From assembly GCA_963775425.1 (NCBI GenBank), contig CAVZJB010000016.1, forward strand, positions 800,001-864,000: a stretch of DNA of 64,000 nucleotides, written 5' to 3'. The first letter of the stretch is position 1. Each line of letters starts with the position of its first letter. The DNA comes from an uncultured delta proteobacterium (GTDB lineage: Bacteria > Myxococcota > UBA727 > VGSZ01). The position numbers and the translations under genes were made by a program. The notes beneath the pieces are model-generated. The model searched no databases. It was not told the DNA's origin and was given only the letters and a program-made list of their open reading frames with translations. Below are positions 9,608 to 21,492 of this stretch, one piece after another.

Positions 9608-12421
9608 ATGTCGGCGGATCCGTCCCAATCCCGCATCCTCCTCGTGGGGCCGCGGGTGGTGCACCTCAAGCCCTTCTTCGACGCACGGCGGTACAACTGC
9701 GTCGCGGTGCAAAAGGGCGTCGAGGGTATGACGGCGCTCGACGCCGAGCCGCGCGACATCGTCATCCTCGAGCTCAACCTGGGCGATCTCACCGCCACCG
9801 AGTTCCTCATGGCGGCGCGGCAGGCCCACGCGCAGGCGAGCTTCCTCCTGCTCGACGACGCCTCGAAGGCCGGCCAGATCGTGAAGGCGCTGCAGGCGGG
9901 GCTCGACGGCTACCTGCCGACGCCCCCTGACGAGGATCGGCTGTTCTTCGAGGTCGAGCGCCACCTCAGGGGCGGCGGCGGCAACGGCATGAACACGGGG
10001 GAGACGCAGCTCACCACGCGGCCGCAGGAATTCACCGACCTCCACACGCAGCTCGCCGATCGCGAGAGCCAGCTCGTCGAGATCGGCATGCAAAACGACC
10101 TGCTCCAACAGGAGATCGGCAAGGCGCGCGAGCAGGCGAAGGCCTTCCAGGCCGTGCGCGGCGCGTTGGTCGGTGTCCTCGAGGGTGACCTCGACGAGGC
10201 GCAGGCGGTGCGTTTGCGGGAGCGCCTCGCGATGGCCACGGTCCTCGAGACCGAGGTCGAGGCGCTGCGCGAGGAGCTGTCGAGCATCCGCTCCGTGCGG
10301 CGCGAGCTGCAGGAGCAGGTCGACACCCTGCGCAAGAAGGTGACCGGCCTCGAGGGGCGCCTCGACGAAAAGAACGAGGACTCCCTCGAGGGAGCGGCGC
10401 TCAAGGATCGCGTCTCCGAGCTCGAGAGCGAGATCATGGTCCTCGAGGGCCGGCTCGCCGAGAGCGGCGAAGAGCTCGACCTCGCGCGCGCCGAGGTCGT
10501 CGCGCTCGAGCAGAAGCACGACGGCGAGCTGTCGGACCTCCAGCGCGAGCTGAGCCGCGTGTCGTCGGATCAGGCGGCGACCCAGGGCGACTCCGAGCGC
10601 GCCACGCAGGAGGCGGCGCAGACCGTCGCGCGGCTGAAGGAGGAGCACGAGGAAGCGCTCGCGCGCCTCAAGGAGGAGCACGAGGCTGCGCTCAAGCGCG
10701 CCGTCAGCGACGTCGAGATCGAGCGCGCCACCGTGCAGACGCGTGTCCAGGAGGCCATCGACGCCGAGCGCAAGCGGCTGCAGGCCGAGGCGGGCGGCCA
10801 GAAGGGCGCGCTCGAGCAGGAGCTGCAGGCGGCCATCGCGGAGCGGGAGCAGGCCGTCGGCCGCGCCCTCGACATCGAGCTCGTCCTCGACGAGCTCAAG
10901 CTCAAGATCGAGATGCTCGAGAGCGACGTCGAAAAGGAGAAGGAGCGCGCGACGAAGGCCGAGGAGACCTTCAAGAAGGACAAGCTGCGCCTCATCGAGG
11001 AGAAGGAGGTCGCCGCGTCCGGCTCCGGCGAGGCCTTCGAGAAGGTGCAGAAGTTCCTCGACGAGAACACCGTGCTCAAGCGGCAAAACGCCGAGCTCGA
11101 GGCCATGCGCGTCGCGCTCGAGCAGAAGGCGACCGCCGGCGAGGAGGCGCAGATGAACGCCGCCCTGCAGATGGAGCAGGCGGCCATCATCCGCGCCGAG
11201 GCCATCCAGCAGCGCGACACGGCCGAGGGGGCCAGGCGCGCCATCGAGGACCGCTGCGCGCAGCTCGAGCAGCGCGCCGCGGGCCTCGAGAAGTCGCTCG
11301 AGGAGGAGCGCCAGCGCCTGCTCGAGGCAGAGCGCGCGCTCGGGGACGCCGGCAGCATCAACAACAAGCTCGCCGACGTCACCGCCGCCAAGGACGCGCT
11401 CGAGAAGGAGGCCGAGCGCCTCGGCGAGAAGCTCGCGGAGTCCGAGGGCGCGCTGTTGCGCGTGCAGGACGAGCTGGAGCACCAAAGGAGCCTCGACGGC
11501 GACAACGACGCCCTCGTCGCCGACCTCAAGGAGCGCATCGGCAAGCTCGAGGACACCATCATCGACCGCGAGGCCGCCGCCAACGAGGCCAAGGAAGCGC
11601 TGGTCACGATGCAGCAGGAGCTCGAGGCGCAGCACAAATCGCTCACCGAGCACTACGAGGTCCGGCTCAAGGACGCGGCCGAGGGCAACCCGGGCGCCGC
11701 CACCGACGCCCTCGCCGAGCGCGACGCGTACCGCCAGCGCCTCGCCGAGACCGAGGCGTGGGTCCAACAGGCGCAGGTGCACCTCGAGGCGCTGCGCGTC
11801 GAGCGCGACCAGCTCGCGGCGCAGGCCACGGCCCTCGCCAACGACATCCACGCGCGCGGCGCAGAGTCGCAGGAGCTGTACGCGCAGTTGTCGCAAGCCA
11901 AGCAGCAGGTCGAGCAGCTCACGGCCCGCGCGGCGGGGCTCGAGCAGGAGCTGAACGCCGCACGCCAACAACAGCCTTCGCAGGGCGCCGACCCGAGCGC
12001 GCTCGCCGAGGCCCAGGCGGCCGCGCACAGCGCGCGGCAGCAGGTGCAGCAAGCGCAGCACGCGATGCAGGAGGCCCAGGACGCCTTGCAGCAGGCGCGG
12101 GCCGAGGCGCAGCAGGCGCGGGCGGAGGCGCAGGCCGCGCAGGCGCAGGCGGCGCAGGGCCAGGGACCCGACCCGCGCGCCTTCGCCGCCGCGCAAGACG
12201 AGGTGCGCGCGCTGCAGCAGCAGCTCCAGGCGCTGCAGATGCAGATGGCCCAGGGCGGCGGCGGCCGCCTGCCCGAGGAGCTCGAGCCGCTGCGCTGGAC
12301 GCTGACCGCCGCCATCGACGCCATCACCACGCTCGAGCAGCGCGAGCCGTCGTTGGGCGCGCACCTGCGCAACCTGCGCCTCCTCGCCAACACGCTCGCC
12401 CGGCTGTCGCCGTCGGGGTGA
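9608..12421 (+). CDS. Atypical receiver-domain protein with very long coiled-coil (FrzS/AglZ-like architecture)
   Basis: N-terminal receiver fold (RILLV...DIVILELNLGD...ALQAGLDGYL) followed by about 800 aa of E/Q/A/L-rich heptads. Start uncertain (9575/9593/9608). Confidence 0.8.
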   Translation: MSADPSQSRILLVGPRVVHLKPFFDARRYNCVAVQKGVEGMTALDAEPRDIVILELNLGDLTATEFLMAARQAHAQASFLLLDDASKAGQIVKALQAGLDGYLPTPPDEDRLFFEVERHLRGGGGNGMNTGETQLTTRPQEFTDLHTQLADRESQLVEIGMQNDLLQQEIGKAREQAKAFQAVRGALVGVLEGDLDEAQAVRLRERLAMATVLETEVEALREELSSIRSVRRELQEQVDTLRKKVTGLEGRLDEKNEDSLEGAALKDRVSELESEIMVLEGRLAESGEELDLARAEVVALEQKHDGELSDLQRELSRVSSDQAATQGDSERATQEAAQTVARLKEEHEEALARLKEEHEAALKRAVSDVEIERATVQTRVQEAIDAERKRLQAEAGGQKGALEQELQAAIAEREQAVGRALDIELVLDELKLKIEMLESDVEKEKERATKAEETFKKDKLRLIEEKEVAASGSGEAFEKVQKFLDENTVLKRQNAELEAMRVALEQKATAGEEAQMNAALQMEQAAIIRAEAIQQRDTAEGARRAIEDRCAQLEQRAAGLEKSLEEERQRLLEAERALGDAGSINNKLADVTAAKDALEKEAERLGEKLAESEGALLRVQDELEHQRSLDGDNDALVADLKERIGKLEDTIIDREAAANEAKEALVTMQQELEAQHKSLTEHYEVRLKDAAEGNPGAATDALAERDAYRQRLAETEAWVQQAQVHLEALRVERDQLAAQATALANDIHARGAESQELYAQLSQAKQQVEQLTARAAGLEQELNAARQQQPSQGADPSALAEAQAAAHSARQQVQQAQHAMQEAQDALQQARAEAQQARAEAQAAQAQAAQGQGPDPRAFAAAQDEVRALQQQLQALQMQMAQGGGGRLPEELEPLRWTLTAAIDAITTLEQREPSLGAHLRNLRLLANTLARLSPSG

Positions 12422-12497
12422 GCCGCGTGTCTCTGATCAGCGCAGCGGCCGACGCCGGTCATCTGCCGTTGGCACGGATTTCGGTTGCCGTTGGCCG

Positions 12498-13844
12498 ATG
12501 GCGACCCGCACCGATCTCCCGCCGGGCAGCTCGCGCGTGCTCGTGCACGCCGCCAAGCGCGCCCTCGCCCCCTTGGAGCGCTTCTTCGCGGTAGAGGCCG
12601 CCGGCGGCATCGTGCTCCTCGTGGCCGCCGCCGTCGCGCTTTGCTGGGCGAACTCGCCGTGGAGCGAGCGCTACTTCGCCCTGTGGGAGACGCCGCTGTC
12701 GTTGCACGTCGGTTCGCTGTTGTTGGAGCACGACCTGCGCTTCGTCGTGAACGACGGCCTGATGACCGTGTTCTTCCTCCTCGCCGGCCTCGAGATCCGC
12801 CGCGAGCTCCATCGCGGCGAGCTGTCCACCTTGCGGCGCGCGGCGCTCCCCGCGGTCGCCGCGGCGGGCGGCATGGTCGTGCCCGCGTGCATCTTCCTCG
12901 CGCTCAACGCGGGGGGGCCCGGCGCCGCCGGCTGGGGCATCCCCATGGCCACGGACATCGCGTTCGCCGCCGGCGTGTTCGCCCTGCTGGGCGAGCGGGT
13001 GCCCCGCGCGCTGCGCGTCCAATTGCTCGCGCTCGCCGTCATCGACGACGTCGGCGCGTTCCTCGTCATCGCCATCTTCTACTCGAGCCACCTCGCCCCT
13101 GTCGGCTTCGTCGTCGCCGCCGCCGGCATCGGCATCATCCTCGTCATGCAGTGGGCCGGCGTGCGCCCGCCGTGGGCCTACGTCGCCCCCGGCGTCGTCG
13201 TGTGGGCCGGCGCGCTCGCCGCCGGCATGCACCCCGCGCTCTCCGGCGTCGTCGTCGGGCTCCTGACACCCACGCGCGCGTGGCTCGGCCTCGAGGGGTT
13301 CCTCGAGGAGGCCCGCGCGACGCTCGGCGCGCTGCGCGGCGGCGGCGACTCCGCCACGGTGCAGCGCCGCCTCGATCGGGTCGCGACGGCGCGCCGCGAG
13401 GCGGTCTCGCCGCTCGACAACGTCGAGCACTCCCTCGTGCGCTGGGTGGCCTACGGCATCATGCCGCTCTTCGCGCTCGCCAACGCCGGCGTGCGCATCA
13501 CCGCCGGCACCCTCGAGGGGGAGCCGATGTTGATCGTCGGCGTCGTCGCCGGCCTGGTCGTCGGCAAGCCGCTCGGCGTGGTGGCGTTTTCGTGGCTGGC
13601 GGCGCGGGCGCGCCTGGTCACCCTGCCCGACGCCGTCACCTGGCCGCGGCTCGCCCTCGTCGGTGTGGTCGCCGGCATCGGCTTCACGATGTCGATCTTC
13701 ATCGCCGAGCTCGCCTTCGTCGACGAGGAGCACGTCGCTTCGGCGAAGCTCGCCGTGCTGATCGCCTCGGGCGCCGCCGCGCTGCTCGCGGTGTTCTTCG
13801 GGCGGAGGCTCCGCCCGCTCCCCGCTACACTTCCTTCAGCTTGA
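12498..13844 (+). CDS. nhaA: Na+/H+ antiporter NhaA
   Basis: VNDGLMTVFFLLAGLEIRRE, GWGIPMATDIAF, LALAVIDD, GIGFTMSIFIAELAF. Confidence 0.95.
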   Translation: MATRTDLPPGSSRVLVHAAKRALAPLERFFAVEAAGGIVLLVAAAVALCWANSPWSERYFALWETPLSLHVGSLLLEHDLRFVVNDGLMTVFFLLAGLEIRRELHRGELSTLRRAALPAVAAAGGMVVPACIFLALNAGGPGAAGWGIPMATDIAFAAGVFALLGERVPRALRVQLLALAVIDDVGAFLVIAIFYSSHLAPVGFVVAAAGIGIILVMQWAGVRPPWAYVAPGVVVWAGALAAGMHPALSGVVVGLLTPTRAWLGLEGFLEEARATLGALRGGGDSATVQRRLDRVATARREAVSPLDNVEHSLVRWVAYGIMPLFALANAGVRITAGTLEGEPMLIVGVVAGLVVGKPLGVVAFSWLAARARLVTLPDAVTWPRLALVGVVAGIGFTMSIFIAELAFVDEEHVASAKLAVLIASGAAALLAVFFGRRLRPLPATLPSA

Positions 13845-14027
13845 AGCGGCTCTCCCCGAGCATGACGACCTTGAAGGTGTTGCCGCAGTAGTAGCAGAGC
13901 ACCTCGCTGCCGCCGCGAAAGCCGTCCGGGTAGGGGTTGTTGGCGTTGCAGTCGGGGCAGTCGAATTCATCGAACGCCTTGCCCTGGGGGGCGGGGCTGT
14001 CGTCGTCGTCGAAGTTGAAGTCGACCA

Positions 14028-14028
<1 letters not shown>
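13825..14028 (-). CDS. Small acidic zinc-ribbon protein (67 aa)
   Basis: ATG at 14028 overlaps the kinase stop (TGATG). Sequence MVDFNFDDDDSPAPQGKAFDEFDCPDCNANNPYPDGFRGGSEVLCYYCGNTFKVV; buried at the end of the spurious 2193-aa ORF. Confidence 0.8.
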
Positions 14029-17120
<3,092 letters not shown>

Positions 17121-17157
17121 CGCGGCCGAGCTTAGCTCGACGTGCTAAGCCGGCGCC
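17121..17157. promoter_or_regulatory. Putative bidirectional promoter (back-to-back -10-like hexamers)
   Basis: Only 37 bp separate two divergent ATGs. The inverted repeat GCTTAGC-N7-GCTAAGC gives TAAGCT (-) and TAAGCC (+) 8 and 6 nt upstream of each ATG. No Shine-Dalgarno. Confidence 0.5.
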
Positions 17158-18351
17158 ATGCGCGCGCTCCTCGCCGTCGTCGCCCTCGCCGCCGCGTGCG
17201 CCACCGCTCCTACGCCGGCCCACACCGCGCCCCCCGACGAGCTCCCGGCGGGCGAGCCGCCGCCGCTCGTCGTGGTGCACAAGCGCCCCGCCGGCGCCGC
17301 GGCGAAAGACGCCGGCGTCGCCGTGGACGCCCGGCCCGCGCCGCAGGGGCCGGCGATGATCGTGCACCTCCTCGACGTCGGCCAGGGCGCGGCCACGCTG
17401 GTGGAGCTGCCGTGCGGCGCCGTCCTCGTCGACACGGGCGGCGAGGAGGACGAGGACTTCGACTCGGTCGAGGCCCTCGACGCGCAGCTCGACGCGTTCT
17501 TCGCGCGCCGCACGGATCTCGCGCGCACCATCGACGTCTTGTTCATCACGCACCCGCACATCGACCACGTGCGCGGGGTCCCGTCGGTGCTTTCGCGCTA
17601 CACGGTGAAGAACGTCGTCGACGACGGCCTGATGGGCGCGCGGAACGTGCACCCCGAGGAGGAGGCGCTGCGCGCGTTCGTCGCCGAGCACCACGCCGGC
17701 TACCGCGGCGTGCACCGCGATGACGTCGCCGCGAAGACGGGGCTCACCGACGACGTCATCGATCCGCTGGCGTGCGCGCCGGTGGATCCCGTGATCCGGG
17801 TGCTCTCGGGGAGCGTGGACGGCGACCCCGGCTGGGGGCGCAACCGCTACGGCAAGCGCGAGGTCGACAACATGAACAACCACTCGCTGGTGGTGCGCTT
17901 CGACTTCGGCAAGTCGTCGTTCCTCGTCACCGGTGATCTCGAGGAGGTGGCCATCCACGACCTCGTCGACAAGTACGCGGGGACCGGCCTCCTCGACGCC
18001 GACGTCCTCGAGGCGGGGCACCACGGCTCGTACAACGGGACCACGCCGGACCTGATGCGCGCGGTGACGCCCGACGTGGCGCTGATCTCCGTGGGCTCCC
18101 CCGATCGCGAGCACCCATGGACCGCGTGGGCCTTCGGGCACCCGCGCGAGCAGGCGGTGCAGCTCCTCGAGGGGGCGGTGAAGTTGCGGCGGAGGCCCGT
18201 CGACGTGCTCGTGGGCATCAAGGTGAAAGGCTTCGTCACCGAGCACCTGCGCGGGGCGGTGTTCGCCACCGGGTGGGACGGCCCCGTCGACGTCACCCTC
18301 GGCGCCGACGGCGCGCTGGCCGTGGCCCGGGCCGCGCCGCCGTCTTCCTGA
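17158..18351 (+). CDS. ComEC/Rec2-type metallo-beta-lactamase-fold hydrolase, lipoprotein
   Basis: Lipobox AAAC; LDVGQG, VDTGG, THPHIDH, TGDLE, GHHGS, FGHP. Confidence 0.88.
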   Translation: MRALLAVVALAAACATAPTPAHTAPPDELPAGEPPPLVVVHKRPAGAAAKDAGVAVDARPAPQGPAMIVHLLDVGQGAATLVELPCGAVLVDTGGEEDEDFDSVEALDAQLDAFFARRTDLARTIDVLFITHPHIDHVRGVPSVLSRYTVKNVVDDGLMGARNVHPEEEALRAFVAEHHAGYRGVHRDDVAAKTGLTDDVIDPLACAPVDPVIRVLSGSVDGDPGWGRNRYGKREVDNMNNHSLVVRFDFGKSSFLVTGDLEEVAIHDLVDKYAGTGLLDADVLEAGHHGSYNGTTPDLMRAVTPDVALISVGSPDREHPWTAWAFGHPREQAVQLLEGAVKLRRRPVDVLVGIKVKGFVTEHLRGAVFATGWDGPVDVTLGADGALAVARAAPPSS

Positions 18352-18441
18352 GGCTCTCTCTCGAGACGACGGCCGGACGGTCGGCACCCCCCTGTTTCGG
18401 GGGAGTTTCAGCTCCGCGCCGGGGTCGCAGACTGCGGAGCC

Positions 18442-20793
18442 ATGAAACACGCCTTTGTCGTCGGCGGCGTGATCGTCGCCTGTGCTTCTTCGGGTTGTGG
18501 CGGCGGGCCTTCCCCGGCCGCGGACTTCGGCGACGGCGTCAGCGTGGAGCCGCTGCTCCTCGATCCGGGCACCGTGCCCGAGGCGCCGCGCGACGACACG
18601 CCGGCGGAGCCGCGCGACCGCACGGCCACCGTCAGCGGGATCGCCGTCGACGACGACGGCCGCCCCGTCGCAGACGCCGGCGTCACCGTCAACGGCGTGG
18701 CGACGCGGACCGACCGCGGCGGCGCGTGGAGCGCCACCGTCGTCGACGCCACGAGGATCATCGCGACCTTCGAGGAGGCGGGCTACGCGCCGGTCACGCA
18801 CGTCGGCGATCGCAGCCAGAGCGGCATCAAGGTGCAGATGCCGGCCGTCGAGCGCGTCGCGGTGGACGCGCCCTTGCGCGGCTTCACGGTGCGCGAGTCG
18901 CGCCACGGCTCGAGCGTGACGGTGCCGCCGAACGCGCTCGTCAGCGCGCGCGGCGCGCGGCCGACGGGGCGGGTGTGGGTCGAGCTGCACACGTATGACG
19001 TCGGGCGGATCGGCGCGCCGCAGCCGCCCGGCGACGGGGCGGCGATCGACGGGCGCGGCCAGGACGCCACCGTCGAGTCGATCGCGGCGCTCTCCATCGC
19101 CGTCCACGACGACGACGGCGTCGCCTACGACCTCGTGCGCGGCGTGCAGGCGAGCGCGCAGATCGGCGTGGCGGAGGAGATGAGGGGTGTCGCGGCGGAG
19201 AACACGCGCGCGGGGACATCGAGCTACGACGACGGGAGCGGGGCGTGGCGGTCGGGTGGGACCGTGGCTTTGTACGACGCGCGGAAGCTCGCGTACCTCG
19301 CGACGATCGAGTCGCTCGACGAGGTCTGGGACGTCGATCTGGTCCCGTACGCCACAGCGCCCGCCTGCCTCGGTGTTCGCATCGAGCGCGAGACCACCGT
19401 GGTCCCCGTCGTCGTCGCGCTCTACCGGTTCCGCTACAACTACGAGGACTGGAAATTCGTACGCTTCCTGGACTTCGACGACTACGACAAGCACGCGATC
19501 TACCGAATGGGGGAGAATCAGAGCTACAAATTCGAGGTCTATTCCGGCGACGCCGAGACGCTGCTGAGCTCGTGGACGGTGCAGACGGGAGCAGGACAGA
19601 GCGCCCCGTACCCACCCGTCTCGCAGTGTCAGAGCGCGGAGTTGGCGACCACCCACCCGCCGTGGCCGCAGTTCCTCTCGCTCCCGGACGCCGGTTCGAG
19701 CGCGAGCGCCGCGGCCTACTACGCGAGGATTGACCCGGCTTCCCTGCGCGCCTCGCTCTCTGCGTTCAAGGCGGTCAACGGCTTCTCGACGCAGAACCCC
19801 GGCGTCAACGCGGAGTTCTTCAACAAAAACGAGCTCGGCCTCGGCCGCGATCTCACCTGCGCCGCGAACGGCAACGGCAACTTCGCCTGCTATCTCCGGA
19901 AGTACGGGCACCCCGGAGAGACACCGAAGAAGGCGTTGCACGACATGTTCGCGAACGTCGATCCCGGGGACACGGTGGCGATGGAGTTCTCGGGGGTTCC
20001 CGGGAGGGGCATCGGCAACGTCGTGAAGTTCTATGTGTTCGCGCCGAGCGGGGTTCGCAAGCTCTCCACCGCCTTCGACCCGCAGGGCGAGAAGTTCGTC
20101 CCCAACGTGTGCACCGGCTGCCACGGGGGCACGCCGTCCGAGACCTACCCCGATCCCGCGAGCGCGGACATCGGCGCGGTCTTTGTCCCCGTGGATCCCT
20201 CCACCCACGTGTACTCGCCGGTGCGGCCGCGGACCGTACAGGAGGACGCCCTGCGCCAGATCAACGCCTGGGTCCACACGCAGACCAGGCCGGAGGCGGC
20301 GTCGGTCAAGGACTACGTCGAATCGATGTACCCGGACGGCGTCGACGCCCCGGGTTCCGTCGCCGCCGCCTTCGTCCCCAGGAGCTACGCGCTCGCGTTC
20401 AGACAATCGACGTACACGTCAATCATCAAGCCGTACTGCCAGCTCTGCCACCTGGCGCGCCCCGTCTTCGATTGGACCGACTATGGCAACTTGCAGGCGC
20501 ACGCGCCCGCCGTCCACGATTACACCTGCCCCACGCCCGGTTCCGGCCCGACGGTCATGCCGCATGCCTTCGTTCCGTTCCGGAACCTCTGGCAGGGCCC
20601 GCTCGGACGGCAGCGCGTCGACAAGCTCATGGCCGACATCGGCGCGCCGCTGTGCCCGGAGGAGCCGCACTCGGTTCTTCCTCCTTGCGACCCCAATGTC
20701 TGCAACGGCATGTGGACGTACTGCGTCGCCGAGGACTGCACCTACTGCAACTATTATTGCTCGGACGGGTATTGCATCGATCCTTGCTACTGA
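18442..20793 (+). CDS. Secreted lipoprotein with carboxypeptidase-regulatory-like domain and two c-type heme motifs
   Basis: Lipobox-like SSGC; VSGIAVDDDGRPVADAGVTV; CTGCH (20110-20124) and CQLCH (20437-20451); Cys-rich C-terminal tail. Confidence 0.75.
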   Translation: MKHAFVVGGVIVACASSGCGGGPSPAADFGDGVSVEPLLLDPGTVPEAPRDDTPAEPRDRTATVSGIAVDDDGRPVADAGVTVNGVATRTDRGGAWSATVVDATRIIATFEEAGYAPVTHVGDRSQSGIKVQMPAVERVAVDAPLRGFTVRESRHGSSVTVPPNALVSARGARPTGRVWVELHTYDVGRIGAPQPPGDGAAIDGRGQDATVESIAALSIAVHDDDGVAYDLVRGVQASAQIGVAEEMRGVAAENTRAGTSSYDDGSGAWRSGGTVALYDARKLAYLATIESLDEVWDVDLVPYATAPACLGVRIERETTVVPVVVALYRFRYNYEDWKFVRFLDFDDYDKHAIYRMGENQSYKFEVYSGDAETLLSSWTVQTGAGQSAPYPPVSQCQSAELATTHPPWPQFLSLPDAGSSASAAAYYARIDPASLRASLSAFKAVNGFSTQNPGVNAEFFNKNELGLGRDLTCAANGNGNFACYLRKYGHPGETPKKALHDMFANVDPGDTVAMEFSGVPGRGIGNVVKFYVFAPSGVRKLSTAFDPQGEKFVPNVCTGCHGGTPSETYPDPASADIGAVFVPVDPSTHVYSPVRPRTVQEDALRQINAWVHTQTRPEAASVKDYVESMYPDGVDAPGSVAAAFVPRSYALAFRQSTYTSIIKPYCQLCHLARPVFDWTDYGNLQAHAPAVHDYTCPTPGSGPTVMPHAFVPFRNLWQGPLGRQRVDKLMADIGAPLCPEEPHSVLPPCDPNVCNGMWTYCVAEDCTYCNYYCSDGYCIDPCY

Positions 20794-20810
20794 CCCGACA
20801 CCGAATCCCC

Positions 20811-20900
20811 GTGCGCGCGGCGCACCCCGGCCAACACACGGTACGCGCGGTGCACCCCGGCCAACACACACCGTGCGCGCGGCGCACCCCGGCCAACACC
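20811..20900. repeat. Three tandem ~30-bp REP-like units
   Basis: GTGCGCGCGGCGCACCCCGGCCAACAC at 20811 and 20873, variant at 20841; hairpin GTGCGC-GCG-GCGCAC. Confidence 0.85.
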
Positions 20901-21492
20901 GCGCGCGCGCAACCTGGCCCACCGGGCCCGGGGCGCTCCTCCGCTGTCGGTGGACCGCTGCATCGCGCGCGCTCGCGCCGCAACCGCGACGAGCGCTAGC
21001 CGGTGGCGGCGCAGCTCGACGAGGACCTGCGCGCCATCGAGGCGGAGCTGCGCCGGACCGCGGGGGCAGCACAGTCATCGGCCGCGCCCGCGGCACAGGC
21101 ACCACCGACGTGCGCGCCATGCTCGACGACGGCGCGTCCGCCGCGGGCTCGCCCCTGCTCGTGCCCTCGTCCCCCGGCGCGCCGTCGGCGGTGACGGCGT
21201 GGGTGACGACGGTGGTGACGGCGGCGTTCATCAAGCGCTCCGGCTGTCCCGGTCCGCGCTGTCCTGGTCCGCGGGCTGTACGCGTCCGCGGGCGCGCTCC
21301 TCGTCGGCGCGGTGGCGGGCCTCATGCTTTTGCGCAGCTGCGCGCTCTGAGCGCGCCGCAGGGTCAGCGGCGGCGTCATCTGCGATCTGCGTCAGCGGCG
21401 CCTCGAGGCCGACGACGAGGGGCCGCACGGGCAGCTCCCGAGGTCGCCGTCGCCGCCTTCCCATTCGCCTCACGCTCGCTCGCCGGCGAGCT

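Noticed and set aside
12469-12484. Sigma-54 promoter before nhaA (TGGCACG)
   Set aside because: The -12 position reads TCGG, not TTGC.
20811-20900. CRISPR array
   Set aside because: Units are separated by only 3-5 nt, so there are no spacers.
20950-21480. Short ORFs between the diheme and temptin genes
   Set aside because: No frame has consistent codon bias, a start signal or motifs; possibly decayed sequence.
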